DNA from: a virus
DNA length: 64,000 nucleotides
Strand: one strand, 5' to 3'
IMG/VR virus record: IMGVR_UViG_3300031963_000075
Location: 1-64,000 of that record
The position numbers were made by a program, and so were the translations under genes. Under the pieces are notes generated by a model that had not been told where the DNA came from, did not search any database, and was given only the letters and a program-made list of their open reading frames with translations. Shown in pieces: positions 40,501 through 50,000 of this stretch. How positions within the stretch are numbered: the stretch's first letter is position 1; every line of letters starts with the position of its first letter.

Positions 40501-42396
40501 TCCCCCATTCGGCCCTCTCTCACATAAAGGTAACTCATCAACCGTAAAACCTGGTCTATCTGAAGTTCTCCAAGCTAAGTTTTCAATGGACAACATATAT
40601 TTTTTAACACCGTCTCTTGTTATATTTGTAGAACCTAAACCTTTTGTTGGTGCAATATTTAAATTATAAGTTTTATCTAAAACTGAATAGGTAAATCTCC
40701 TATTCTCTGTAGTCATACCATCTGTCTTTTGTAAGTCATTGAACGTATAATACGGTGTATCTTTTGTAAAAATTCTACAATATTCAATTCCTGCTTCTTC
40801 TCCTGTTGAATTATCAATATAGGACATTACTTTAGAACCTTTAGTTATTTCTCTATAACCGTCATGAAAAACTTTACTAACTTGATTAATTGCGTTTCCT
40901 GCGTGTTTTAATCTTCTTTTCCCAAAAAGATTATCTGCAGAATTAATTAATCTTTGTGTATTATCAAGTATAGAACCTTGTTTTAATCCAAAGTTAGTTG
41001 ATTCATTAAACAAGTACGGATTTGCGATTGATGGAAAATCTTCATCTATTGAGACCGCATCTCCCCCTTGTTTTACTTTGAATCCAGCGTTTTCTTTAAA
41101 TCTAGGTGATGTCCATACAAAACCACCATCAGGTTTACCTCCATTTTCTGTACTTATACCGTTAAGACCAAAGAACGCTTGTTCCATTCCTGTCCCTTCA
41201 TATTGGTTACCCATTTCATCTGGTCCAAATACAATAGCATTTGTTAACTTACCAAGTGAATTTATCGGTACAGCATTTACAGGTGAGGTAATAAATAGTG
41301 GATTGTTTACATCAGAACCCAAATAATACCCACCTGTTACAGTAGCCCCAACTGAACGTAGTATTGTATTAACACCAGCTATCGCTGCGTTTCCAATACC
41401 ACCAACCTGATAGTTTGGTCTATATATGTTTTTTTCTAATAAAGAATATAGTGTTGATATTTGACCTGCACCTGTTTGAGTAAGTAAAGATTTAGATGGT
41501 TGTAAAAATCTACTTGCTCCATCAGCCAAAAGATTAAATGACCCTGCTGCGGTGTTTTGTAAAACGTTTGCTATTTGGTCGCCAGTACTTGGGTTTCTAT
41601 TACTATCTTCATCAGTAAATAAAGGTCCAATCAATGGTGAGTTAGGGTCAAAGTCCCCTCTCAATCTATCTAAAAATGTAATATTACTTGGGGGTAGTGT
41701 AATTCTATAATCCTTACTTCCCCCTAAACCACTTCCAGCTAAAGCCGAAGGTGATGTAAGATTTGTACTTGTTTCTCTAAATAATTGTCTTTGTTGTTCT
41801 GCGGCAATTGTTGCGTTTAAATTATCACGTAACTTACTCGCAGACAAATTAGCTAAAAATGAATCGTTTGATAAAGGTCCGTTACTTCCAGATGGATTAA
41901 GAACCGTAAACATAGTATATGTATTATACGTTGACGGAGTAAAAATAATCGGATCATAATACGGTTGATGAATAGAGTTTATAAGTTGTATTTCTTCAAC
42001 TGTAAATTGTTCTAAATAACCTCCTATTGGACTGTACTTATTTTTAATGTAAGCTAAATTTTTAGATGGAAAACTTATAGAATCTAAATCACTATCTGTA
42101 AAATCATACTCACCCTCATTTGTTCCATTTATAATAGGATTTTGTTGTGTTCCTGGAGTGTTTGGAAATCCTCCATTAGGACCGAATTTATTTAAAACGT
42201 AAAAATTATTTGCAACATTTGTTGATCCGATGTTGGGACTATTTAAAACTGAATAATCAGATAAATTACTTTCATAATTTGTAGGTCCTGGTGGTGAACT
42301 ATAAAAACCTGGAACACTATATGGTGTTAGATTTCTAACTATTAAGTCGTTCCTAAATGAAGAACTATTTTGGAAACTTAAAAAACTCTCAGGCAT
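37555..42396 (-). CDS. Large tail/baseplate protein (tube initiator-like domain with large insertions)
   Basis: 1613 aa between tape measure and LysM genes; FPPYDLTFSD...GRPEEIHTYKNSGR and PPVLVIRMGDFYHTKAI...QPMVVGVTVDLKFIG motifs typical of tube-initiator folds. Confidence 0.55.
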   Translation of the reverse strand: MPESFLSFQNSSSFRNDLIVRNLTPYSVPGFYSSPPGPTNYESNLSDYSVLNSPNIGSTNVANNFYVLNKFGPNGGFPNTPGTQQNPIINGTNEGEYDFTDSDLDSISFPSKNLAYIKNKYSPIGGYLEQFTVEEIQLINSIHQPYYDPIIFTPSTYNTYTMFTVLNPSGSNGPLSNDSFLANLSASKLRDNLNATIAAEQQRQLFRETSTNLTSPSALAGSGLGGSKDYRITLPPSNITFLDRLRGDFDPNSPLIGPLFTDEDSNRNPSTGDQIANVLQNTAAGSFNLLADGASRFLQPSKSLLTQTGAGQISTLYSLLEKNIYRPNYQVGGIGNAAIAGVNTILRSVGATVTGGYYLGSDVNNPLFITSPVNAVPINSLGKLTNAIVFGPDEMGNQYEGTGMEQAFFGLNGISTENGGKPDGGFVWTSPRFKENAGFKVKQGGDAVSIDEDFPSIANPYLFNESTNFGLKQGSILDNTQRLINSADNLFGKRRLKHAGNAINQVSKVFHDGYREITKGSKVMSYIDNSTGEEAGIEYCRIFTKDTPYYTFNDLQKTDGMTTENRRFTYSVLDKTYNLNIAPTKGLGSTNITRDGVKKYMLSIENLAWRTSDRPGFTVDELPLCERGPNGGRIMWFPPYDLTFSDTPSVNFDSIPILGRPEEIHTYKNSGRSGKLGFKIIVDHPSIMNLLVNKQLEKLGTQKFDDLVKSFIAGCTKYDLYELAAKFNTLPLRELEMYQNLLNDPRLTPEELEQIQKEIPAENTSADNANTIGNTPEDEKEFQTNFEGLTFYFQPNSTDTNYSSQITDYLSKAVEYSELAPVSYVVVSTGEPFTNTDTQAFIEDVVQSNNNKINSEFVDGIKSIVSNKNIVDITIDGKTTVFADSAKTFLTEKLQTEIDNKKVTIQTSGSLSKVTVKRYTTDVGENGASFDTSLTIDAIPPTVLSPTEVPYAYPNLAINCAVISKITISDDISSTDPTQENNLNQSTPDQTNPQGVKPQPNTDVQDRLKQAIGKKIIRRLLTECDYFEMLKDSDPMAFQTLKDKLKYFNPAFHSITPEGLNARLTFLNQCTRPGQTIPVIGSDGKPKYDDALNTSFGAPPVLVIRMGDFYHTKAIPTTISFSYESSLLDLNPEGIGVQPMVVGVTVDLKFIGGHGLAKPIETLQNALSFNYYANTEMYDERAEETELNYALVELVDKAIANATTNNEQATDGGETIGTVLTTVKSGDTETGDIDYTNVFKELSTQYKEYLEISTNQYGTIVDQYNYSMLQLVNSNRNYTSGNTLIYTETKLDTKIYGKPDEFERKVNKLAQKIKEDIDDDENPVIKAFLNSPSLAEREDIIRDAKSKLKKYVESLDKEAVENLTQPVTTIVDVEQLLLKTLNKMNVITTKELPNNPPFYPPLRGYDGKILTDGDVKLYLLVEEEEVFEQMIVDVGEVTKKLNEYADQKNNSKIVPLPTETFYDTENCFQTSKDYMNDLTDAEKRFYTLASQTFTNEDKYQILFVEFVSTPQIEQIGGAKQELTENLNDIRDKYVEIYDLDKKTIEEDKTSPAYTDLKNFTLDENANRRRLYQTIKNPTSQDIDSRRKSILKQIYGTTNWILDKKTFDGKVKLS

Positions 42397-42443
42397 TATT
42401 TTATTTTACTTATAAATAGATTCAAAAGATTTTTTTATGTTCA

Positions 42444-44447
42444 TTATTGATAATTGAATCCTTTAATTCTATTTAAAACTGTTTTTATGTTGTTGACAAA
42501 TTCGTCTTTTAACACCACTGATTCTATTGTAGATTTTAACATTTCTTTATCAGTACCTGTTGGTACATTTTTCAAATCTACCATTATATCTAATTTATGA
42601 TTTATATCTGTTGAGGTTTTTATTTCACTTGGGGTTGTGTTTATTGGGTTTGGCTGCATCATTATTGATGTTAATTCCTCATTTTTTAAACCCATCGATT
42701 TTAAAGTTTCTAAATTTATCGGACTTATTGTTTCTACTGGTGCAGATACATAAGGATTTTGAGGTGATTTCATTCCTTCCATAAATTTATCAAAATCATC
42801 TTTTGTTTGTGGAAATTCTGTAGAACCAATTATAGTATCTTTAGGATTAATTCTAATTGCCCCTTCTTCACCTAACAACATTCTATTATCACCAGGAAAA
42901 CTAACAAAGTCATCCGCAACCCCAAAGAATTTTTTAATACTACCAGTAAAATCTCCTAATTTTGTAATTAAACTATTTAAATTTGTATCTAAAGTATCTA
43001 TTAAATTTTGCATTTCTGTAATAATTTTATCTCCATATTCTTCAACACCAGAGATTATAGTTGGCATTTTATCTTCAATATTTTTTCCAACTTTATCTAA
43101 ATAACTCAGTTTTAATTCAATCATTTTTCCCGCATCGTCTGTCAATTTATCTAAAGATTCTAATGCTGTTGTTGCTATTTTGTCTTGGGTATTAGCCATT
43201 GTTTCTATTATTTTTTCACCTCTTTCAGAACCAGCTATTTGACTTGGGATTACAGTTGATAGGGCTGCGAGTGAATTGGCAACTTTTTCACTTATTCCCA
43301 TTTGTTGTTCTATGAGTCCTTTCAGGTCTTTGTCTTCTCCTGGTTTTGCTTCAAACGTTTTTTCTATTTGGTCATTTTGTGTTTTTAAAAAATCGGCTAA
43401 TTTTTGTTGTTCGGTTTGTGACATATCTTGAATTGCCTTTGTCACTTGTTGACCATCTTCTTTATATGTTACTTCAAATCTTCCATCTTTACCTTTAATT
43501 AAAATGTTTTCCAATTTTTGCATTTCCTTCTCGTCAGGAATCAAACCTTTCAATCCAGTTTCATTAATAATTTTTTGTTTGTCTTGCATTTCTTTGAAAG
43601 CAATCCCCATTTCTGACAGTTGGTTAGCATTGAAGCTTGTTCCTTTGGCAAGTTCGTCCATGAAATCCATTCCAACCGCACTCATTTTACCTGTTTCATC
43701 GACAAAGGTTGAAGCAATTTTAGCAATTTCTTCTTGTAATTTTTCAGGGTCATTTCTTGATAAAAATCTAACTCGTTCAACATCCATCAATTCTGACTGT
43801 ACAATACCTAATCTAGATAACTTATTAACAAACTCTTGAGCCTGTTCAGGTTGATACAAAGATTTAGCGGTTTCAAGAGCTGCCGTCATATCCCCTCTTA
43901 ACATTGAGGATTTTGCTGCCATATCGGCCAACCCAATAACTCCGTCTTTAAAGTTGAATCTTGATAACTCTTTCAAATTTGCACCTACAAGTTTGGTAAC
44001 AGTTTGAGCGTTTACTCCTATCAAATCGGCACTCTCCATTATAGTTGCCATTTCTTCGTTTGCGGAGTATATTGATTTTCCCAAGTTTACATAACCTTCG
44101 AATAGTGTTTTAGTTTCAATACCAGTGGCTTGAGTTGTTGCAAACAATTCATCTGTTGCATTCTTGTTGAGAATAATTTGTGTTCCAAACGTTTCAAATA
44201 ATGCGGTTTGTTGTGCAACAATTTTTTCTAAATTACCACCTAATCTTGTTACTTCAGTTAAACCTTCTGTAAGGGTTTGTTTTAAAAGAAATGCCTGTTC
44301 TCGACCAAACCCAATAGTATTGGCCATTTTTCCAAACTGCTCGTCGATATTTTCAACCATGAGTTGTATACCCGTCAAGTTTGACTTTAAAGCGTCAGTA
44401 ACTCCACCTAACCCAAATTGGGTTTCACCTGTTACGAAAAACATCAT
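42444..44447 (-). CDS. Tape measure protein
   Basis: 667 aa, helical Ala/Glu/Lys/Met-rich; canonical position after tube and chaperone genes. Confidence 0.65.
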   Translation of the reverse strand: MMFFVTGETQFGLGGVTDALKSNLTGIQLMVENIDEQFGKMANTIGFGREQAFLLKQTLTEGLTEVTRLGGNLEKIVAQQTALFETFGTQIILNKNATDELFATTQATGIETKTLFEGYVNLGKSIYSANEEMATIMESADLIGVNAQTVTKLVGANLKELSRFNFKDGVIGLADMAAKSSMLRGDMTAALETAKSLYQPEQAQEFVNKLSRLGIVQSELMDVERVRFLSRNDPEKLQEEIAKIASTFVDETGKMSAVGMDFMDELAKGTSFNANQLSEMGIAFKEMQDKQKIINETGLKGLIPDEKEMQKLENILIKGKDGRFEVTYKEDGQQVTKAIQDMSQTEQQKLADFLKTQNDQIEKTFEAKPGEDKDLKGLIEQQMGISEKVANSLAALSTVIPSQIAGSERGEKIIETMANTQDKIATTALESLDKLTDDAGKMIELKLSYLDKVGKNIEDKMPTIISGVEEYGDKIITEMQNLIDTLDTNLNSLITKLGDFTGSIKKFFGVADDFVSFPGDNRMLLGEEGAIRINPKDTIIGSTEFPQTKDDFDKFMEGMKSPQNPYVSAPVETISPINLETLKSMGLKNEELTSIMMQPNPINTTPSEIKTSTDINHKLDIMVDLKNVPTGTDKEMLKSTIESVVLKDEFVNNIKTVLNRIKGFNYQ

Positions 44448-44477
44448 AATATTCTTTTATAAATAAATACGGTAATT

Positions 44478-44636
44478 TTAATTTCTTCTATTCATCTCAA
44501 TAACTTTCTCTACCATATAATTCCTTTGGTAGGTTGGGATTATCAAAAAATCTCTGTATGAGACATGAAGAAATTTAGAAAGAAAAATATATTGATCTAA
44601 AAGATATTTTTTATACGTCGAAGAAAGGCCGAAAAA
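44478..44636 (-). CDS. Frameshift-dependent extension of the tail/baseplate assembly chaperone (T4 gp51-like / lambda gpT-analogous segment)
   Basis: Open +1 frame FFGLSSTYKKYLLDQYIFLSKFLHVSYRDFLIIPTYQRNYMVEKVIEMNRRN begins at TTT TTT CGG near the end of 44611..45366; no early ATG. Confidence 0.65.
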   Translation of the reverse strand, partial: FFGLSSTYKKYLLDQYIFLSKFLHVSYRDFLIIPTYQRNYMVEKVIEMNRRN

Positions 44637-45366
44637 AGTCAACCCCAAACGATATCATAGTCGATACGTTTTCTCCTGACGGGGCTATTGCGTTGAGTCT
44701 TAAATCTACTCCAGGTTCATTTTCCGATATAAATCTTTTTATATATTTTGAATCCATAATTGGCATATTTTGTATAAAATCAATTATCGAAGATTTATCT
44801 CTACTACCATTAAGTTCTACAATCTGTTCTTGTAATGTCCAAACTGTTGTTGGTGTTACTCGACCTTTCAAATATGTAGATTCCATTTTGGTTATTTTTT
44901 GTTTTTCACCTAACGTCAAAAGTTTAAGTTTGACTTTAGCATTACTTTTTGGTAATGTTGTTTCAAATAGTCCTTCATTGTCAGGATTTACTTTTGGATT
45001 TTTGAAACTTAATTCTTCCAAACTAAATGTGTGGTCAAAAAGTTTTCCTGTTAATGGATCTGTTAATTTAACAGTATATTCAGGTCCGAATGATGTGTTT
45101 CTAAGAAATATTAATATTGCTTCAATATCTCCATCTAACATTTCTTCAGGTTTCAATTCAGGTTCATATACTTTATTTCTTAACAAAGTTACTAATAAGT
45201 TGTTATTTTTCAAACCTGATGAAAGAGCGTCTTCGTCACTTGCATTTAAAAAACCTACTTTGACACTTGATTTTTTTGATTTATAAAAAATACCTTTTGA
45301 TGGTAATTCAATAACATCATGTGGTATTGTAAAATTCATTTGACCATATTTTATTTCATCTTCCAT
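44611..45366 (-). CDS. Tail/baseplate hub assembly chaperone (T4 gp26-like)
   Basis: 251 aa; IELPSKGIFY, GDIEAILIFLRNTSFGPEY, C-terminal VDFFRP; between tube and tape measure. Confidence 0.75.
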   Translation of the reverse strand: MEDEIKYGQMNFTIPHDVIELPSKGIFYKSKKSSVKVGFLNASDEDALSSGLKNNNLLVTLLRNKVYEPELKPEEMLDGDIEAILIFLRNTSFGPEYTVKLTDPLTGKLFDHTFSLEELSFKNPKVNPDNEGLFETTLPKSNAKVKLKLLTLGEKQKITKMESTYLKGRVTPTTVWTLQEQIVELNGSRDKSSIIDFIQNMPIMDSKYIKRFISENEPGVDLRLNAIAPSGENVSTMISFGVDFFRPFFDV

Positions 45367-45381
45367 AATCTTTTTGTTAAA

Positions 45382-45409
45382 AATATAATTTCATGTATTT
45401 TTATGTAAA
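45382..45409 (-). promoter_or_regulatory. Sigma70-like promoter of the chaperone gene
   Basis: Minus strand TTTACA-N16-TATATT directly after the tube terminator. Confidence 0.4.
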
Positions 45410-45410
45410 T

Positions 45411-45441
45411 AAAAAACCCATACACAATATGTATATGGGTT
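45411..45441 (-). terminator. Intrinsic terminator after the tail tube gene
   Basis: Minus strand AACCCATATACA-TAT-TGTGTATGGGTTTTTT. Confidence 0.75.
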
Positions 45442-45462
45442 AATTTTAATGTTATATTATTT

Positions 45463-45951
45463 TTAGTAAACCAAAATTGCTCTATCCATTTTCAGAGTGA
45501 AGTTAACTTCACTCAAACCGTCTCCTGTGTAACCAAGAGAACCACCATCATATCCTAATGGAAATGCGTTAACCAATAACCATTTTTCGATAACAACACC
45601 CGTAGGATCTAACATTTCTAAATCTACATTTCTTTTATAACCTGCAGCATAACCCATACGTCCTGTAACAGATTCTGCAACCAATCTAACCCATTCCATA
45701 ACCGCTTGGGTGGTTGAAGGACCGATTGGGTCTAATAGTTTCACTGCAATTTCACCCCATGTGAACGAACCAGCAACATATGTTTCTGTATTTAAGAATT
45801 TAATTGCTTGTGAACCTATTGTAATTTTAGGTCTCGATGCTGTTTGTACTACCCACTCATTGATACCCAAATCGGTTGGGAATCTCATTAAGAACCTATT
45901 CTGTCTTTTTGGTTCGTAAGGTATGGGCATTTTCATTAAAAGATCAGCCAT
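45463..45951 (-). CDS. Tail tube protein (T4 gp19-like)
   Basis: 162 aa; YEPKRQNRF, TGRMGYAAGYKR, LDPTGVVIEKWLLVNAFP. Confidence 0.88.
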   Translation of the reverse strand: MADLLMKMPIPYEPKRQNRFLMRFPTDLGINEWVVQTASRPKITIGSQAIKFLNTETYVAGSFTWGEIAVKLLDPIGPSTTQAVMEWVRLVAESVTGRMGYAAGYKRNVDLEMLDPTGVVIEKWLLVNAFPLGYDGGSLGYTGDGLSEVNFTLKMDRAILVY

Positions 45952-46014
45952 GTTGTATTATTTTTTTTTCTTAGTTTATTTTATTATAAATATTAGTTAA
46001 AAAATTTTTTCTAT

Positions 46015-46935
46015 TTACTTCCTTTTATTTTGAACTAATCTTCTACTAGACCAGTTTTCATAAATATTTTTTTCTCCTCCTTTTGTTAAATAAATATTTA
46101 AGTTTTCTTTTTCTTTATCACTTAATTTATTTTTCATTGAATGGACATTTCTTTCGTCGTCATCTGAAAAACCAAATTTTGGTTCAACAAATTTAAATAG
46201 GTTACCTCCCACAGAATCATCTCCCGAACTAACGTGGTTAATAAAATAGGATTTCTGAAATTTTTTTGATGACCTTCTCTGATTTGTCATAAATCTTTTT
46301 ATTTCTCGTATTTTCGCTTCCTCTGGATTTGCAGCAGAACCTGCTCTGTATGAAACAGGTGAGAATTGACATCTCTCTAAATAATCGTTAATTAACCAAT
46401 TCTCATTTTCTACTTGTTTTAACCCAGCTCTTCTTCTATATTCTTTTAAATTTTTTATTAACTGAGATTTCTCAATTCCATGCATATTGTTTTCTATAAG
46501 ATATTTGACAGCTCTTTTTAGAACTGATGGTGTATGTCCTCTTGCTGTAATAATCGCAAACACACTTCCATAGTTGATAGCCTCTTTAAAGTCATTCCAC
46601 ACATCTTGTGATGCGATTGGTGCGTATTTAATATCTTCTAAAAATTTCCTGTCACCTGAAACTCCAAAATCTCTATATGGGTCTTTATCAAAACCTACTA
46701 TCATATGACCTTTATAATTGAACGGTTCTTGACCTACTAAAGTTCTGTATTCAGCAAAATCTTCAGTGGACATACCAATAACGTCACCATCTTCGTCTTT
46801 TAAATAAATAAGGGTCGGCATTTCCATTAAATTATCATCCCAATCAAAAGCATAATACTTAAGACCATATTTTAACATATTTTCTTGAGTGACCTCTGAA
46901 ATAATACGTTTTACTATTTTTTTGTAATTAAACAT
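46015..46935 (-). CDS. HAD-superfamily phosphatase
   Basis: 306 aa; motif I AFDWDDNL, motif II IITARGH, motif III Lys (EEAK), motif IV FSDDD. Confidence 0.75.
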   Translation of the reverse strand: MFNYKKIVKRIISEVTQENMLKYGLKYYAFDWDDNLMEMPTLIYLKDEDGDVIGMSTEDFAEYRTLVGQEPFNYKGHMIVGFDKDPYRDFGVSGDRKFLEDIKYAPIASQDVWNDFKEAINYGSVFAIITARGHTPSVLKRAVKYLIENNMHGIEKSQLIKNLKEYRRRAGLKQVENENWLINDYLERCQFSPVSYRAGSAANPEEAKIREIKRFMTNQRRSSKKFQKSYFINHVSSGDDSVGGNLFKFVEPKFGFSDDDERNVHSMKNKLSDKEKENLNIYLTKGGEKNIYENWSSRRLVQNKRK

Positions 46936-46957
46936 ATAATATAAATATTAACAAAAT

Positions 46958-46984
46958 AAAAAAAGGGGAATTTATGTTCCCCTC
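46958..46984 (-). terminator. Intrinsic terminator after the tail sheath gene
   Basis: Minus strand AGGGGAA-CATAAA-TTCCCCT followed by a T tract. Confidence 0.8.
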
Positions 46985-47004
46985 TTTCTTTGTTTTTATT
47001 TTAT

Positions 47005-50000
47005 TTAAACATCTTCGAAAGATGCTCCTGTTGGTGTTATGTAGAATGTTATATCAATAAATTCAAGTGAACGTGTTGGTTTGATATAAATTTTACCAGT
47101 CATTTGATTTCTATCTAAATCAGCAGTGTCGTTAGAAACTGTAACTCGGAAATCGTAAAGACCTCTGTCTCTTCTTATACCGTCAAGAATTGGATTAACC
47201 GCATTTAAGAAATCTTGTCTTACTTTTTCATCGTTTTGGTCAAACAACAACCTTACTGAAACCGCTGAAATTAATTTACGTGCTTGTAATAACAATCTTC
47301 TTACGTTAATTCTATCAAGTGCAGACTCTCTAACTTGTAGGGTTTTGTTACCCCAAATTACAGTACCAACATCTGAGAAAGTTGCAATTGGGTTAATTCT
47401 TCCTAAATATAGAACATCTCTATCTTCTTGTGTTAACTTTTTACGTGCTTTAATTGAATTAACAATACCACGAGTGTAACCCGCCGCTGCGAACCAAGGG
47501 AATGCTATATTATCGGTCAACGCTAAGTTTCTTGTAACTTCTGCCGTTGGTGGTATATAGATTTGAGTGTTATTAACACTGTCTCTTGTAAGAACCCAAG
47601 GATAGTAAGTTGCGGTATAATTGGAATCAATTCCAGTCTCTTCTAAATTGTCAACTGCTTCTTGTGGGTAAATAAGACCGTCAGCTCCTGTTGTTGTAGG
47701 AAGTAAAAGGTTATAATCTGGAGTTGTTGTTATATACAATGAATCCGCTCTTTCTGTCTCAATCATTTCTATTGTAGACTCAACCAAATTACTATTGTTA
47801 ACATAGTCAATACCTGGAGTTACAAATAAATTTATATTAACCGCTTCAGGATTAGAGAATGTTCTGATACCTAATAGATATGCGTAGTAGTCAGTATTTG
47901 CATAATCAGTTGTACCGTCACCAACAGAGATTTGTTTAAACGCTCCCCAACCAACTGCGTTTGGATATCTTGTAGTTGCACAAGCTCCGTTTAAATAACC
48001 TGTTCTACCTAAAACATATTTATCTTCATTTGTTCTTCTTTCACGGTATATATCCCATCCATCAAAACCTCCTTGTACTAACAAGGTAAATTTACGTGCA
48101 AATAATCTGTAATATGGGTTTGTATCAACAACAGGTTCAGAACTAAAGTCCGCACTACCAACGTAAAATCTTGGTTCACCACTTGTTGAGAAACCGTTAG
48201 AAATTGTTATACCACTTGCATTTTTATCCATGTGGAATCCTCTTGTTCTATATAACCAAGGTGACGATTCAGTTGCAAAACAAATGTTTGATGGATTTCT
48301 TTTACCCACATATTCGAAGAAACTTGGGTCGTAACCATAATCAGCACTTGTTGAGAAACCTAAGAATGTTTTTCTTATGTTATCACCAGAAGATAATCCC
48401 GCATCATCAGTTCCTGAAGGAGTTCCAAACGGAGGATTGAATACTAATTCTCCTGGAAAATCATACTTAGTTTTGAAAATTGGGAACGGTGATTTTCCTC
48501 CGCTATACTCTCTAAAGTTATAACCTTCGAAACCACAAGGTAAAGCATCTATTGGTGCATCCTCGTTCATTTCTACCATAATATATCTAGATTTGAGTTC
48601 AAACTCTCCATCTAATGTACCTACCTTTTTAGCAATAAAATTATTTTCTTGCGGATTCATTGAACAGTTAGTGTACTTTTCTAAAACAACAGGGTTTGAG
48701 TCTGTATCATAGTAATCTCTCACTAACACGGTAAATGTTTCGTTTGCGAAAGATATATCTGAAATAGAAATTTTAACTTCTGTGTTTGCACTGTTACCGT
48801 CAGATATAGTGTAAAATTTGAAAAGGTTATAAACTTTAGAACCTCTTACTTCTGATACTACCCAAGGACTTTCAGGTGATTGATATCTTTCTAAATACCA
48901 ACCAATTGATGTTGGGTCTTCACTTTGTGCTTCAGGTAAAGAGATTAAATCACATTTTAAACCTCTAATATATCCTTTGTTGTATGCCCATCTCAACATT
49001 GTTTGGAATCTTTCCTCAACAAAAAGTGGTACGACATTTCTAGGTTTTCCAAAGTTGTTTCCACCGAAAACTTTTGATATATATTCTGAATCACTTGTAG
49101 AGAAAGATGTAACAAACGTGAAGTTGTTACCTAAATAGTTTGTTGCGTTTATAGCAAATTTAGCAAACGGGTTTTTAAGTACACTTTCATATTGACCTGT
49201 ACAATCCATAGTTACGTCAGTTATACCAGTAATTTCATATCTTGGATTATTTTCATCACTGTATGTAGATATACCTCTAGATCTCAATGTCGCAACAACC
49301 AAATCATCATAATTTGTATACGCCATACCCGAATAAACATATATCATACCTATCATTGTACCCGAAAAACAATCCACCACAGTTGTAGTTGTTGTAGTTG
49401 TGGGAACAACAGGAGTTGGGGTGATACAAGGATTTGGTGTTGGTTCGGGTGTTGGTGCTGGTGTAGTTGTAGATGTTGTTATTGGGTTTATATTAGTTAA
49501 ACCACTAACTACTGACCAAAATGAGAACCCTGAATATTCCGCATTACCGATATTTTCAAACAAAGCATAATACCATGTATCATTAAATGGTGATGTGAAG
49601 TCAGTCAAACTTGCTGATGGTGACGGAACATTAAAAACATTTGTCGATGCAGTATATCCACTTGAGAGTATGTCATAATCATCTCCATCGATACTACCAA
49701 AATATGCTATAGATGTTTCTTCAGTTGCCGGATTTAATATTCTTTGATACGCAAAAAACTGTAAATCACTAAGTAATGTAGATGTATTACCATTAAATTG
49801 TTCATATTGTTCGTTTAATAATACTTCTATTTCATCAGGAAAAGATTCAAAAATTACAGATGAAACACCATTAGTACATCCTGTAAATTCTACAGTGAAA
49901 GGAATTGTTTTAGGTAAAATACAAACTGGTTCACAACTTCCAGATGGAGTAACCGCACTTAAACAATATGGGTTAATTGTTGTTGGGTCAACGTTCGCAC

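Noticed and set aside
44590-44640. Canonical -1 frameshift at the chaperone slippery site
   Set aside because: The -1 frame reaches TAG after about 13 codons; only the +1/-2 frame gives a long extension
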